Assembly (NCBI GenBank): GCA_902528645.1
Contig: CABZTG010000002.1
Location: 25,282 to 89,281, forward strand
Direction of reading: 5' to 3'
DNA length: 64,000 nt
From: an uncultured Pelagibacteraceae bacterium
GTDB taxonomy: Bacteria > Pseudomonadota > Alphaproteobacteria > Pelagibacterales > Pelagibacteraceae
Shown here: piece after piece, positions 29,693 to 39,653 of the stretch
Numbering within the stretch: the first letter of the stretch is position 1
Layout: every line of letters starts with the position of its first letter
Notes under the pieces: generated by a model
Told to the model about the DNA's origin: nothing
Database searches by the model: none
The model's input: the letters and a program-made list of their open reading frames with translations, nothing else
Translations under genes and position numbers: made by a program

Positions 29693-30220
29693 TTAAGAAT
29701 TTGAAGTGTCAGCATCTTCTGCTGCTTGATCTTCACTTTCAGAGACTTGATCTAAAGATACGTCTCCCTGTTCTGCTTCAGCGTCTTCAGATGTAGGAGC
29801 TTCTGGCATTTCTGGCTTAGCTGTCTCAGATAATTCTGCTAAATCATCTTTAGATACTTGAATTTTTTCTGGAGCTTTTCTTGCTCTTTTAGATGGTAAA
29901 ATAGGTGTTCCACTTTTTGAGATCTCACCTTTATATAAACTTTCAAAATCATCGCCAACATCCTCATCAGCTTCGGCACCATCATCAACCTGTTCTACAT
30001 GTTTTCTTAATTTATAGACAGCGCTTTCAGTTAAATCATCAACTTTGATATTTTCTTCAGCTATTTCTCTTAAAGCGATAACTGTATTTTTATCGTTATC
30101 ACGATCTAAAGTTGGTTCTATCCCAGTATTGAGTTGAGTTGCTCTTTCCTTTGCAACCAAAACTAATTCATATGGACTATCTACTTTATCAATACAATCT
30201 TCTACTGTAACTCTTGCCAT
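29693..30220 (-). CDS. rpoZ: RNA polymerase omega subunit with long acidic C-terminal tail
   Basis: [20 protein letters not shown]. Confidence 0.95.
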   Translation of the reverse strand: MARVTVEDCIDKVDSPYELVLVAKERATQLNTGIEPTLDRDNDKNTVIALREIAEENIKVDDLTESAVYKLRKHVEQVDDGAEADEDVGDDFESLYKGEISKSGTPILPSKRARKAPEKIQVSKDDLAELSETAKPEMPEAPTSEDAEAEQGDVSLDQVSESEDQAAEDADTSNS

Positions 30221-30262
30221 GCCGGTTATCTATAAGCTGTGATTAAAAAAAGCAAGGATTAT

Positions 30263-31471
30263 TTAAATATATTCAGGATTTAACCTGTTTCTAACCACAA
30301 ACAGAGCAATTAAAGATAAGAAAATATATACAAATGAAATCACTGCTATTTGCTCAATTGTAAAGCCTTTATCAATTAACAATCCAAATAAAGCTGTGCC
30401 AAAGGCAGTAGAAAATACCATCAATGCTGTTGTTAATGCTTTAATTGATCCAATGTATTTTACGCCATAAATCTCAGCCCAAGTAGAGGACCCCAATACA
30501 TTGGCAAGCCCATTTGAAATTCCAATTAAACCAAGGAATATAAAAGCGGAAATAGAAATATTTAAATAAAACAAAACCAACATTGAAATCAACAAAGGTA
30601 TGTTCATAAAGATTAATAATTTTCTGCTTGTAAATTTATCGATTAAAAAACCAGAGCCCAACAAAGTAATCACTGATAAGACAGAATAAGCCATAAATGA
30701 TTTTGCTATAACAAATTCACCCCACTCTTTTGACTCTGTTATATATGACTGATAAACAAATACACCTGTAGCAATCCAAGGCATTGCTAACATATTCAAA
30801 CAAACTATATAAAATCTATAATCTTTTAAAACCTCAACACGTGTCCAATTTTTAATTTCTTTTTCAACAAAATTTTTATCATTTACATCTTCTCTTGAGT
30901 CAAAGCTCAGGTTTTTGATTAAGGCAAAAGAAATAAATGGTAAAAAAAATAGAATTAATACAGAAATAGATAGCCAAATATTTTGCCATTCGGTCAACGT
31001 CAGTGAATAAACAATTAAAACTGGTAAAATAAATTCTGCAGTTGATAATCCAAACCAACCGATACTTAGAGCTTTGCCCCTAGATTTAGTAAAAAATCTT
31101 GAAATCGTTGTAGTTGCTGTATGAGACATTAATCCTTGACCAGAAAACCTCATTAAAAAAACAGCAATAAATAAAAAAACTATCGACGAAATTTTTGAAA
31201 AGAAAAAACAAGAAAAAGCTAACAAAAGAGCAACATATAATGCAAATCTAAAAATATTTATGTCATCAATTTTTTTACCAACCCAAATTAAAATAAAGCT
31301 GCTTAATAATGTTGCCGACGCATAAATTGAGCCAAATTGTCCATGAGTTATTGAAAGTGTTTCTCTAATACTTGAATTAAATAAACCAAGAAAAAAACTC
31401 TGTCCAAAACTAGAAAAAAATGTAAAGATAAAACCAAATATAATTACTTTTAAACTTAAACTGTTAAACAT
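30263..31471 (-). CDS. MFS transporter
   Basis: 12 hydrophobic segments; SSFGQSFF, RFSGQG, RGKAL, YGVKYIGSIK. Confidence 0.9.
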   Translation of the reverse strand: MFNSLSLKVIIFGFIFTFFSSFGQSFFLGLFNSSIRETLSITHGQFGSIYASATLLSSFILIWVGKKIDDINIFRFALYVALLLAFSCFFFSKISSIVFLFIAVFLMRFSGQGLMSHTATTTISRFFTKSRGKALSIGWFGLSTAEFILPVLIVYSLTLTEWQNIWLSISVLILFFLPFISFALIKNLSFDSREDVNDKNFVEKEIKNWTRVEVLKDYRFYIVCLNMLAMPWIATGVFVYQSYITESKEWGEFVIAKSFMAYSVLSVITLLGSGFLIDKFTSRKLLIFMNIPLLISMLVLFYLNISISAFIFLGLIGISNGLANVLGSSTWAEIYGVKYIGSIKALTTALMVFSTAFGTALFGLLIDKGFTIEQIAVISFVYIFLSLIALFVVRNRLNPEYI

Positions 31472-31479
31472 AAAAAATT

Positions 31480-32349
31480 ATGAGCTGTAATGTTGCTTTC
31501 ATAGGTCTTGGTGTAATGGGCTATCCAATGGCAGGATATATATCAAAAGGTGGTCACAATGTAACTGTTTTTAATCGTACAAAATCAAAAGCAGAAAAAT
31601 GGGTTGGAGAATACAAAGGTAAAATGGCTGAAACTCCAGCGGATGCAGCTAAAGATGCTGAATATATTTTTACCTGTGTTGGGAATGATAATGACTTAAG
31701 AGAAGTAACTTTTGGTGACAAAGGAGCTTTCAAAACAATTAAAAAGGGCGCAGTCTATATTGATAACACTACAGCCTCAGCAACAATTGCTAGAGAAATA
31801 TATGATTACGCAAAGAAAAATGAATTTGGTGCATTAGATGCTCCTGTATCTGGTGGACAAGCTGGAGCAGAGAATGGTGCATTAACAGTGATGATCGGTG
31901 GTGATCAAACTGACTTCGATAAAGCAAAAGACAAAATTGATTGTTATAGTAAAAAAATGAAGTTGCTTGGTAAAGCTGGTTGTGGACAATTAGCTAAGAT
32001 GGTTAATCAAATTTGTATCGCAGGATTGGTTCAAGGTTTATCTGAAGGAATAAACTTTGGAATGAAAGCAGGGTTAAATATGGAGGATGTAATTGAAGTT
32101 ATATCAAAAGGTGCAGCTCAGTCTTGGCAAATGGAAAATAGATATAAAACAATGATTGATGATAAATTTGATTTTGGTTTTGCAGTTGACTGGATGAGAA
32201 AAGATTTAAAGATTGCAATGGATGAAGCTAAAAATAATGGTTCATTATTACCTGTAACAGAACTTGTAGATAAGTTTTATGGAGAAGTACAAGGGTTGGG
32301 GGGTAATCGTTGGGACACCTCAAGCTTAATTAAAAGATTTAGAAAGTAA
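31480..32349 (+). CDS. NAD(P)-dependent beta-hydroxyacid dehydrogenase (3-hydroxyisobutyrate dehydrogenase / tartronate semialdehyde reductase family)
   Basis: FIGLGVMG, DAPVSGG, KMVNQ, MRKDL. Confidence 0.9.
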   Translation: MSCNVAFIGLGVMGYPMAGYISKGGHNVTVFNRTKSKAEKWVGEYKGKMAETPADAAKDAEYIFTCVGNDNDLREVTFGDKGAFKTIKKGAVYIDNTTASATIAREIYDYAKKNEFGALDAPVSGGQAGAENGALTVMIGGDQTDFDKAKDKIDCYSKKMKLLGKAGCGQLAKMVNQICIAGLVQGLSEGINFGMKAGLNMEDVIEVISKGAAQSWQMENRYKTMIDDKFDFGFAVDWMRKDLKIAMDEAKNNGSLLPVTELVDKFYGEVQGLGGNRWDTSSLIKRFRK

Positions 32350-32352
32350 TGT

Positions 32353-32952
32353 ATGCAACCGGCATACTATGAAAATTTCGAGGAAATTCAAAATAAGTAT
32401 TGGTCTATGCTCGATGATGCTGTAACTAATAGAGCTTCTCCTTTTAGAATTCCTGTCTTTATTTGTGCCCACCAAGATGAGGTAGATGGAAGAATTATTG
32501 TTCTAAGAAAATCAGATAGAGCAAACAATCTATTACAATTTCATACCGATTTAAGATCACCAAAAGTAGAAATTCTTAAGAAAAATAATAACGCTTCTCT
32601 AGTTTTCTACGATAAAGAAGAAAAGATACAATTAAGAATAAAAGTTGAGTGTGAAATAAATAATCAAAATTCTACGACTGAAGAATCTTGGAAAAAAACT
32701 CAACATATCAGTAGAAGATGTTATCTAACTGATAGTCCTCCAGGAACTGCATCGGAAAATCCAACGTCAGGAATGATATCTAAATTAGAAGATTTTGATT
32801 ATACAATGGAACAAAGCGAAGAAGGTTACAAAAACTTTACAGTAATAAAATGTAAAATAAAGTCTATTGAATGGTTGTATCTTGCAGCAAAAGGACATCG
32901 AAGAGCAAAGTTTGATGCTGAAAGCAACAAAAATAGTTGGTTAGTGCCATAG
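32353..32952 (+). CDS. Pyridoxamine 5'-phosphate oxidase-like FMN-binding protein
   Basis: RIIVLR, FHTDLRSPKV, QLR, EWLYL, HRRA, WLVP. Confidence 0.82.
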   Translation: MQPAYYENFEEIQNKYWSMLDDAVTNRASPFRIPVFICAHQDEVDGRIIVLRKSDRANNLLQFHTDLRSPKVEILKKNNNASLVFYDKEEKIQLRIKVECEINNQNSTTEESWKKTQHISRRCYLTDSPPGTASENPTSGMISKLEDFDYTMEQSEEGYKNFTVIKCKIKSIEWLYLAAKGHRRAKFDAESNKNSWLVP

Positions 32953-32973
32953 AATAAGATATAAAAATTCCTA

Positions 32974-33339
32974 ATGGATTTTCAAACCTCAGTAAAAACT
33001 TGTTTTAAAAAATATGCAATCTTTTCAGGAAGAGCATCAAGGTCTGAGTTTTGGTGGTTTGTCTTGTTTGGATTTCTTGGTGGTATTATTACTTGGATCA
33101 TTGATGTAATGATATTTAATTATCCTGCTGAAGCAAATGGACCGGCAAGTTTAATATTTTCTGTTATTTTAATATTACCATCATTTGCGGTTGGAGCGAG
33201 GCGTTTGCACGATACTGACAAGACAGGTTGGTGGCAATTACTATGGATAACAGTAATTGGTGGATTATTAATTATTATATGGCAAGCAACCTTAGGAGAA
33301 AAAAAGAAGAATCGTTATGGTCCACCTACTAAGAAATAA
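32974..33339 (+). CDS. DUF805 inner-membrane protein
   Basis: FSGRASRSEFWWF, RRLHD..GWW, NRYG. Confidence 0.9.
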   Translation: MDFQTSVKTCFKKYAIFSGRASRSEFWWFVLFGFLGGIITWIIDVMIFNYPAEANGPASLIFSVILILPSFAVGARRLHDTDKTGWWQLLWITVIGGLLIIIWQATLGEKKKNRYGPPTKK

Positions 33340-33348
33340 TATAAATTT

Positions 33349-33861
33349 TTAAAAAATTGATTTAGAATATTTTTTCCAATTATCTTGATAGTGCTTTGTG
33401 TTTTCAAAAACTGCTTTCTTTTCTTCTTCAGTGACCTCTCTTACAACTTTACCAGGTGAACCTATTACCAAAGAGTTATCTGGTATCTCTTTGTTTTCAG
33501 TAATTAAAGCTTTTGCACCTATGATGCAATTTTTTCCAATCTTAGCGTTATTGAGAATCACTGCACCAATTCCAATTAAACTATTGTCCCCTATCGTGCA
33601 TCCATGAAGCATAACCATATGACCTATAGTTACATCTTTACCAACTTTAATGGGATATCCTGGATCGGTATGCAAAACACATCCATCTTGAACATTTGAT
33701 CCCTCGCCAATATGAATATTTTCAATATCTCCTCTTAGAGTTGCATTAAACCAAACACTTGTATTTTTTTCTAAAGTAACATCACCTATAACGACCGCAT
33801 TAGGTGCTACCCAATTTTCGCCAGAGTTTTTTGGTTTTTTATCTTTTAAATCGTAAAACAT
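33349..33861 (-). CDS. Gamma carbonic anhydrase family protein
   Basis: [24 protein letters not shown]; hexapeptide repeats. Confidence 0.92.
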   Translation of the reverse strand: MFYDLKDKKPKNSGENWVAPNAVVIGDVTLEKNTSVWFNATLRGDIENIHIGEGSNVQDGCVLHTDPGYPIKVGKDVTIGHMVMLHGCTIGDNSLIGIGAVILNNAKIGKNCIIGAKALITENKEIPDNSLVIGSPGKVVREVTEEEKKAVFENTKHYQDNWKKYSKSIF

Positions 33862-33881
33862 AATTTATATATTATTACATT

Positions 33882-34436
33882 ATGCCAATACAAACTCCAA
33901 TATGTGATTTCGGTCAAAAGGCTCATGACTTTAAGCTTAAATCAACTGATAATAAAATTTTATCTTTAGAAGATATTAAAGGTGAAAATGGAACCTTAAT
34001 AATGTTTATTTGCAACCATTGTCCCTATGTTAAAGCAGTTACAAAAGATATAGCCGAGGATACTAAAAAATTGAAAGATTTAGGAATTAACACTGTAGCA
34101 ATCTGTGCCAATGATGCTGAGAATTATCCAGAAGACTCGTTTGAAAATATGATTGAATTTGCAAAAAAACATCAATTCAGTTTTCCATATTTAGTTGATG
34201 AAACACAAGAGATAGCCAGAACTTATGATGCGGTATGTACTCCAGATTTTTTTGGATATAACAAAAATTTAGAGCTTCAATATCGAGGTAGATTAAGAGA
34301 ATTAAAAAATTTAGTTCCTGTTAGAGATGGTGATAGTGATTTATTTAATGCAATGAAACAAATTGCTGAAACTAGTAAAGGACCTGAAAATCAAACTCCT
34401 AGTGCTGGCTGTAGTATTAAGTGGAAAAATAGTTAA
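33882..34436 (+). CDS. Thioredoxin-fold AhpC/TSA family protein
   Basis: FICNHCPYV, AVCTPDFF, YRGR, GCSIKW. Confidence 0.9.
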   Translation: MPIQTPICDFGQKAHDFKLKSTDNKILSLEDIKGENGTLIMFICNHCPYVKAVTKDIAEDTKKLKDLGINTVAICANDAENYPEDSFENMIEFAKKHQFSFPYLVDETQEIARTYDAVCTPDFFGYNKNLELQYRGRLRELKNLVPVRDGDSDLFNAMKQIAETSKGPENQTPSAGCSIKWKNS

Positions 34437-35518
34437 TGTATTTAATCGTTACAAGATCTTTTCCACCAGAAGTGGGTGGTATGCAAAGTTTGATGTGGGG
34501 TTTGGCAAAAGAAATGTCTAAAAACTTTATGATCAAAGTTTTCGCTGATTACTACGAAAATCATAAAGAATTTGATAAAAAAGAAAATTTTTCAATTGAT
34601 AGAGTTGGTGGAATTAAATTCCTAAGAAAGATTAGAAAAGCACAGCTAATTAATGAATATTTAAAAGAAAGTAAAGTTCAAGGTGTTATAGCTGATCATT
34701 GGAAAAGTTTAGAATTAATAGAAACCAATAAAAAAAAGTATTGTTTAATTCATGGAAAAGAAATCAATCACACTAAAGGAAGCTCTTTAAATAAAAGAGC
34801 AAACAAAGTTTTAAATAGTGTTGAAAAAGTAATAGCAAATTCTGAATATACAAAAAATTTAGCTATTCAAAATGGTGTAGAACAAGAAAAAGTTGTTGTG
34901 ATAAATCCAGGAATTAGCCCTGCCCAAGAATTAAATAAGACGTCGTTAACTAAAGTTGAAAGCTTACTTAAAACAAAATCACCACGTTTAATTACAGTTT
35001 CAAGATTTGATAAAAGAAAAAATCATGAAAAAGTATTGATGGCTCTGAGAAACTTAAAACAAATTTATCCAAATATTATTTACATTTGCATTGGCTATGG
35101 AGAGGAAGAACAAAATTTAAAAGATTTGGTAAATGAACTTGATTTAAGTGGGCAAGTTATGTTTTTTAAAGAAATAACTAATGACCTTAAAAATGCTTTA
35201 GTGGCAAAATCAAATATTTTTGTTATGCCATCGGTAAAATATAAAAGCTCAGTTGAAGGTTTTGGTATAGCTTATATAGAAGCTGCACAATACGGAGTTC
35301 CTTCACTAGGTGGTGTTGATGGTGGTGCAGCAGATGCAATTCAACATGATAAAACTGGATTAATTTGTGATGGAAATAACCTAGATGATATTTATTCATC
35401 ATTAAATTCTATGATTGAAAATAAAAAATATTTACATTTTGGTAAAAATGCTAAAGAGTTATCATCTAAATTTGATTGGTCCAATACTATTGATGAGTAT
35501 AAAAAAGTTTTAGTTTAA
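34436..35518 (+). CDS. Glycosyltransferase family 4
   Basis: FPPEVGG, RKNH, EGFGIAYIEA. Confidence 0.9.
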   Translation: MYLIVTRSFPPEVGGMQSLMWGLAKEMSKNFMIKVFADYYENHKEFDKKENFSIDRVGGIKFLRKIRKAQLINEYLKESKVQGVIADHWKSLELIETNKKKYCLIHGKEINHTKGSSLNKRANKVLNSVEKVIANSEYTKNLAIQNGVEQEKVVVINPGISPAQELNKTSLTKVESLLKTKSPRLITVSRFDKRKNHEKVLMALRNLKQIYPNIIYICIGYGEEEQNLKDLVNELDLSGQVMFFKEITNDLKNALVAKSNIFVMPSVKYKSSVEGFGIAYIEAAQYGVPSLGGVDGGAADAIQHDKTGLICDGNNLDDIYSSLNSMIENKKYLHFGKNAKELSSKFDWSNTIDEYKKVLV

Positions 35519-37017
35519 GATTTCTTTTTCGTAAAAGTTTTATAAATATGCCAAAGAACAATTAGAATCGTTGTAACCAATATACAGACTGTAAGAGTTC
35601 TGTCCCATAGAAACTCCCAAGATCCATTACTTAAAAGTAATGATCTTCTTAGATTTTCCTCCATCAAACCCCCAAGAACGAACGCTAGTATTAAAGGTGG
35701 CATGGGAAAATCATAAAGTCGTAAAAATGTTGCAACAACTGCTATGCCAATCATTAAATAAATGTCGAAATTATTAAATGACATCACATAAATTCCTGTA
35801 ATAGAAAAAAATAAGATTAATGGAATCAAATAATTTTTTGGTACTGCAAGAATTCTAGCGATGTAGGGAATTAATGGTAAATTTAATATTAATAATATTA
35901 CCATTCCAATATACATCGACATTATCACTGACCAAAAAATTTCAGGATTAGTCATATAAAGTCTTGGACCTGGCTGAATACCAAAGCCCAAAAGTGCACC
36001 AAGCATGACCGCTGTAGTTCCACTACCCGGTATACCCAAAGTTAACATTGGTACAAAAGAACCTGAGCATGCTGCATTATTTGCTGTTTCAGGTGCAGAC
36101 AATCCATTCACACTTCCTTTTCCAAATTTTTCTTTTTCTTCATCTTTAACTAAATTTCTTTCCATTCCATAAGCTAAGAATGATGCAATAGTGGCACCCG
36201 CACCAGGTAATACTCCAATCAAGAAACCAATAACTGAGGATCTTGGAATAGTTCGATACATTTTACCTCGTTCTTCTTTATTAATTCTTATTGATCCAAG
36301 TTCTGTTAATGAAACTTGTTTTGCTGCTGATGTTGGATCATTTCGCTTTAATATGATTGTTAAGGCTTCGCTCATAGCAAAAGTTGACATAACTACTAAA
36401 ACAAAGCTTATTCCATCTGTTAAATTCATGTTATCAAAAGTAAATCTTGTAATATCAGACAAAGAGTCTTGACCAACAGATGCTAGCATCAAACCAAGCA
36501 CAACCATCATCATTGCTTTTAAGAATTGTCCTTTAGATGAAAAAGCTGCAATTGCCGTTAACCCTAAAATCATTAATGCGAAATAATCTGGCGATCTAAA
36601 AGATAAACTTACTTTTGATAAACTTGGAGCCATAAACAATAAATAAATTGCTGATAGTGTTCCACCTGCAAATGAACTCCAGGCTGCGATAGCTAATGCT
36701 TTACCGGCTTTTCCTTGTTGTGCCATTGGATATCCATCAAAAGAAGTTGCGACAGTTCCTGGAACTCCTGGTGCATTTAACAAAATAGAGGAAGTAGAAC
36801 CACCAAATACTGCCCCATAATAAACTCCAGCCATTAAAATCAAGCCCGTTGCAGGATCAAAACCATAAGTAATTGGTATCATTAAAGCAATCGCTGTCAT
36901 GGGACCTAAACCAGGTAACATTCCAATAATTGTTCCAAAGAAACAACCAATCATCACCATAAAAATGTTTTGAAATGATAATGCTGTAGTTAAACCAATT
37001 AATATTCCTTCTGTCAT
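35515..37017 (-). CDS. tctA: Tripartite tricarboxylate transporter large permease
   Basis: GMLPGLG, YYGAVFGGS, PGAGA, PETANNA, LGIPG. Confidence 0.95.
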   Translation of the reverse strand: MTEGILIGLTTALSFQNIFMVMIGCFFGTIIGMLPGLGPMTAIALMIPITYGFDPATGLILMAGVYYGAVFGGSTSSILLNAPGVPGTVATSFDGYPMAQQGKAGKALAIAAWSSFAGGTLSAIYLLFMAPSLSKVSLSFRSPDYFALMILGLTAIAAFSSKGQFLKAMMMVVLGLMLASVGQDSLSDITRFTFDNMNLTDGISFVLVVMSTFAMSEALTIILKRNDPTSAAKQVSLTELGSIRINKEERGKMYRTIPRSSVIGFLIGVLPGAGATIASFLAYGMERNLVKDEEKEKFGKGSVNGLSAPETANNAACSGSFVPMLTLGIPGSGTTAVMLGALLGFGIQPGPRLYMTNPEIFWSVIMSMYIGMVILLILNLPLIPYIARILAVPKNYLIPLILFFSITGIYVMSFNNFDIYLMIGIAVVATFLRLYDFPMPPLILAFVLGGLMEENLRRSLLLSNGSWEFLWDRTLTVCILVTTILIVLWHIYKTFTKKKS

Positions 37018-37484
37018 CCCATCACTCCAATAGATTTTAAAAAGGGATCCCTTAAATAAATTTCAAGAACTCCGTGAAGCAAATACATAAATCCAGCAAC
37101 AAATGGAAAAGAAAGTAAAAACATTAAGACCCATCTTCTCTCACCTAAAAAGTAATAAGAAGCAAATAAAAATAAGGATGTAGTTAAAAAGTAACCCACT
37201 TTTAAAATTGTTGCCCCGTAGATAATTGCAATTACAATTAGTAATGCTGTTTTTTTGTATTCTAAAGTTCTATGTTCAACTTTTATAGTATCTGGATCTG
37301 GTAAGATTAATTTTAAACCAGAAAAAAATAAACCAGCATATCCTAAATAAATTGGAAATGTTCTTGCATTAAATGGTGCATTTTCATCGAACGCAAAAAC
37401 TTGTATTTGATAAGCTGTATATAAATAGAATGCTGAGAAAATAAAAAAGAGCAGTGATATAATTTTTGTCGTATTTATATTCAC
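37014..37484 (-). CDS. tctB: Tripartite tricarboxylate transporter small permease
   Basis: 4-5 TM segments, RTFP and VGY motifs; lies between tctC and tctA; GTG start. Confidence 0.85.
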   Translation of the reverse strand: MNINTTKIISLLFFIFSAFYLYTAYQIQVFAFDENAPFNARTFPIYLGYAGLFFSGLKLILPDPDTIKVEHRTLEYKKTALLIVIAIIYGATILKVGYFLTTSLFLFASYYFLGERRWVLMFLLSFPFVAGFMYLLHGVLEIYLRDPFLKSIGVMG

Positions 37485-37512
37485 TGCTCTTTAAATTAAT
37501 TAATCCAGAGGA

Positions 37513-38493
37513 TTAAATTACTCCTAGTTTCTTCATAAGAGCTGTCATTTCTTTTGTTTGAGTTTTTAAAAACTTAACAAACTTTTTGTCTGGGTTATAA
37601 ATATTTACCCAAGCATTTCTTGCTCTTACTGCTTCCCATTCAGGAGTTTTTTGTACATCGCCTAACATTTTAGCAATAGCTTTTTTATCTTTGCTACTCA
37701 TGCCTGGAGGACCAAAAAATCCTCTCCAGTTTACGAATTGTACATCATATCCTTGCTCTTTAAGTGTAGGTGCATCAGGTGCATCACCAACTCTATCAGG
37801 CGCAGTTATACCAATAATTCTTACTTGGTCTCTTGCTCCCATTAATTCACCTAAACCTGTAGATATAATTTGAGTTTCTCCAGATAAAAGTCCAGCTAGT
37901 GCTTTTCCACCTGCATCATAAGGAATATAAGCTACAGCATTTGGATCTGCACCAGCAGCTTGAAATGCTAAAGCACCAATTAAATGGTCCATACTTCCTC
38001 TAACAGAACCACCAGCCATTTTTATTGAACTAGGGTTTGCTTTATATGCATCAACAACATCTTTAAAGTTTTTGAAAGGTGAGTCTTTTGCAACTGCAAT
38101 TGCACCATAGTCACCAATTACTCCAGCAATCGGCACAACATCTTTATAAGATAAAGTTCCACTTCCACTGACATAACCTTTGTGTCTTGTAATTGATCTC
38201 AAAACTAGTGGAGTTGATTGAACTAAGATTGTATTTTCCGGCTTAGTATTAATCATGTAAGCAAGAGCTTTTCCACCACCACCACCTGACATATTTTCAA
38301 ATGATGCGCTTTTTAAAAATCCAGCTTTTGTCAAAGCTTCTCCAGTACCTCTAGCAGTTCCATCCCAACCACCACCAGCACCACCACCAATTACAAAGTG
38401 TAACTTTTCAATTGCAATTGAGTTGACTGTAGTTGTTGATAATAAAAGAGCGGCAGAGAATAAAACTGAAAAAAAAGATTTAATTAGTTTCAT
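37513..38493 (-). CDS. tctC: TTT substrate-binding protein
   Basis: Signal peptide; GAGGGWDGTAR, ENMSGGGG, PTLKEQG, NWRG. Confidence 0.93.
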   Translation of the reverse strand: MKLIKSFFSVLFSAALLLSTTTVNSIAIEKLHFVIGGGAGGGWDGTARGTGEALTKAGFLKSASFENMSGGGGGKALAYMINTKPENTILVQSTPLVLRSITRHKGYVSGSGTLSYKDVVPIAGVIGDYGAIAVAKDSPFKNFKDVVDAYKANPSSIKMAGGSVRGSMDHLIGALAFQAAGADPNAVAYIPYDAGGKALAGLLSGETQIISTGLGELMGARDQVRIIGITAPDRVGDAPDAPTLKEQGYDVQFVNWRGFFGPPGMSSKDKKAIAKMLGDVQKTPEWEAVRARNAWVNIYNPDKKFVKFLKTQTKEMTALMKKLGVI

Positions 38494-38523
38494 TATTTCC
38501 TCTCGTTGTTATAGTTAATTACA

Positions 38524-38555
38524 TAGATTAAACATACTTTTAGTAATCTAGTCAA
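38524..38555 (-). promoter_or_regulatory. Putative tctC promoter with overlapping inverted repeat
   Basis: Minus strand TTGACT-N17-TTTAAT (38555-38527); inverted repeat TAGATTA-N13-TAATCTA (38524-38550). Confidence 0.55.
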
Positions 38556-38573
38556 CAACCAAAGATAGAGCAC

Positions 38574-39653
38574 ATGCAGAACGTGATTCCCTTTAACCGA
38601 GAAAGTTTTGGGCAATTATTATCAAAAAAATTTTTATTAGTTATTGTGATCTCTATTCCCAGTGCGATTGTCGCTGATTTTTTTAAGGTCCCCCTTGCAT
38701 GGATGATTGGTCCAATGATAGCAACCTCTTTGATTGCCCTAAAAGGTTTTCAAGTAATAATGCCAAGATTAGCCCTGAGCTCAATCTTAATCATTTTAGG
38801 ATTACATATTGGAAACTATATTGATCAAAATTTACTTAATCAGATGGTTAATTGGATTTGGACCACAATTATAATGTTTTTTTATATTGTTATTAGCATT
38901 CTAATTGTTTCTAAATATTTACAAAAATTTTCTAATTACAAAGAAAAAACATCTATATTTTCTGCAGCTCCAGGTGCTTTAGGACCATTAATGATTTTAG
39001 CAGAGTATGAAAAATCAGATTTATCTCAAGTAGCTACAGCTCATTTAATTCGATTAATAATTATAATAACTTTATTTCCTTTTATAATAGTTAGTCTCTA
39101 CCCAGCTGAAGCTTTAGAATTAGAAAAATTTGATTACATGTCTCAAAACCATTGGGAATTAATTATATTAATTATTGTCTCGTTAGTATTCATATTTTTT
39201 TTTGATAAATTTAAAGTTCCAGCTGCTCTCTTATCTGGAACGTTGGTTGCAAGTGGGGTTTTGCAAATATCCGACATCGCATCATACAAATTACCTGATG
39301 CATCAATAAATTTTTGTTTATTAATTTTGGGAGCTTCTGTTGGATGTAGGTTTGCAAATAAAACATTTAAAGAAGTGGCAAATAACTCTTTTCATGGATT
39401 AGTTGCAACTATACTTTTAGTTTTATTAGGTCTGATTGCAGCATACGTTGCAACATTTTTTGTAGATAATAACATTTTATCACTTATCCTATCCTTTTGC
39501 CCTGGAGGTATTTATGAGGTGGCGGTAATAGCGATTGCTTTTGACCTTGAGCCAGATTTTGTTGCTTTTCATCATATTATAAGATTGTTATTTATACTCT
39601 TTGTTGTGCCAGTGATTTTAAGAATAATTGAAAAAACTAGGTTAAAGAATTAG
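38574..39653 (+). CDS. AbrB-family membrane protein (commonly linked to tct genes)
   Basis: PLAWMIGPM, APGAL, HLIRL, duplicated CPGG..E and HHIIR; about 10 TM segments. Confidence 0.87.
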   Translation: MQNVIPFNRESFGQLLSKKFLLVIVISIPSAIVADFFKVPLAWMIGPMIATSLIALKGFQVIMPRLALSSILIILGLHIGNYIDQNLLNQMVNWIWTTIIMFFYIVISILIVSKYLQKFSNYKEKTSIFSAAPGALGPLMILAEYEKSDLSQVATAHLIRLIIIITLFPFIIVSLYPAEALELEKFDYMSQNHWELIILIIVSLVFIFFFDKFKVPAALLSGTLVASGVLQISDIASYKLPDASINFCLLILGASVGCRFANKTFKEVANNSFHGLVATILLVLLGLIAAYVATFFVDNNILSLILSFCPGGIYEVAVIAIAFDLEPDFVAFHHIIRLLFILFVVPVILRIIEKTRLKN

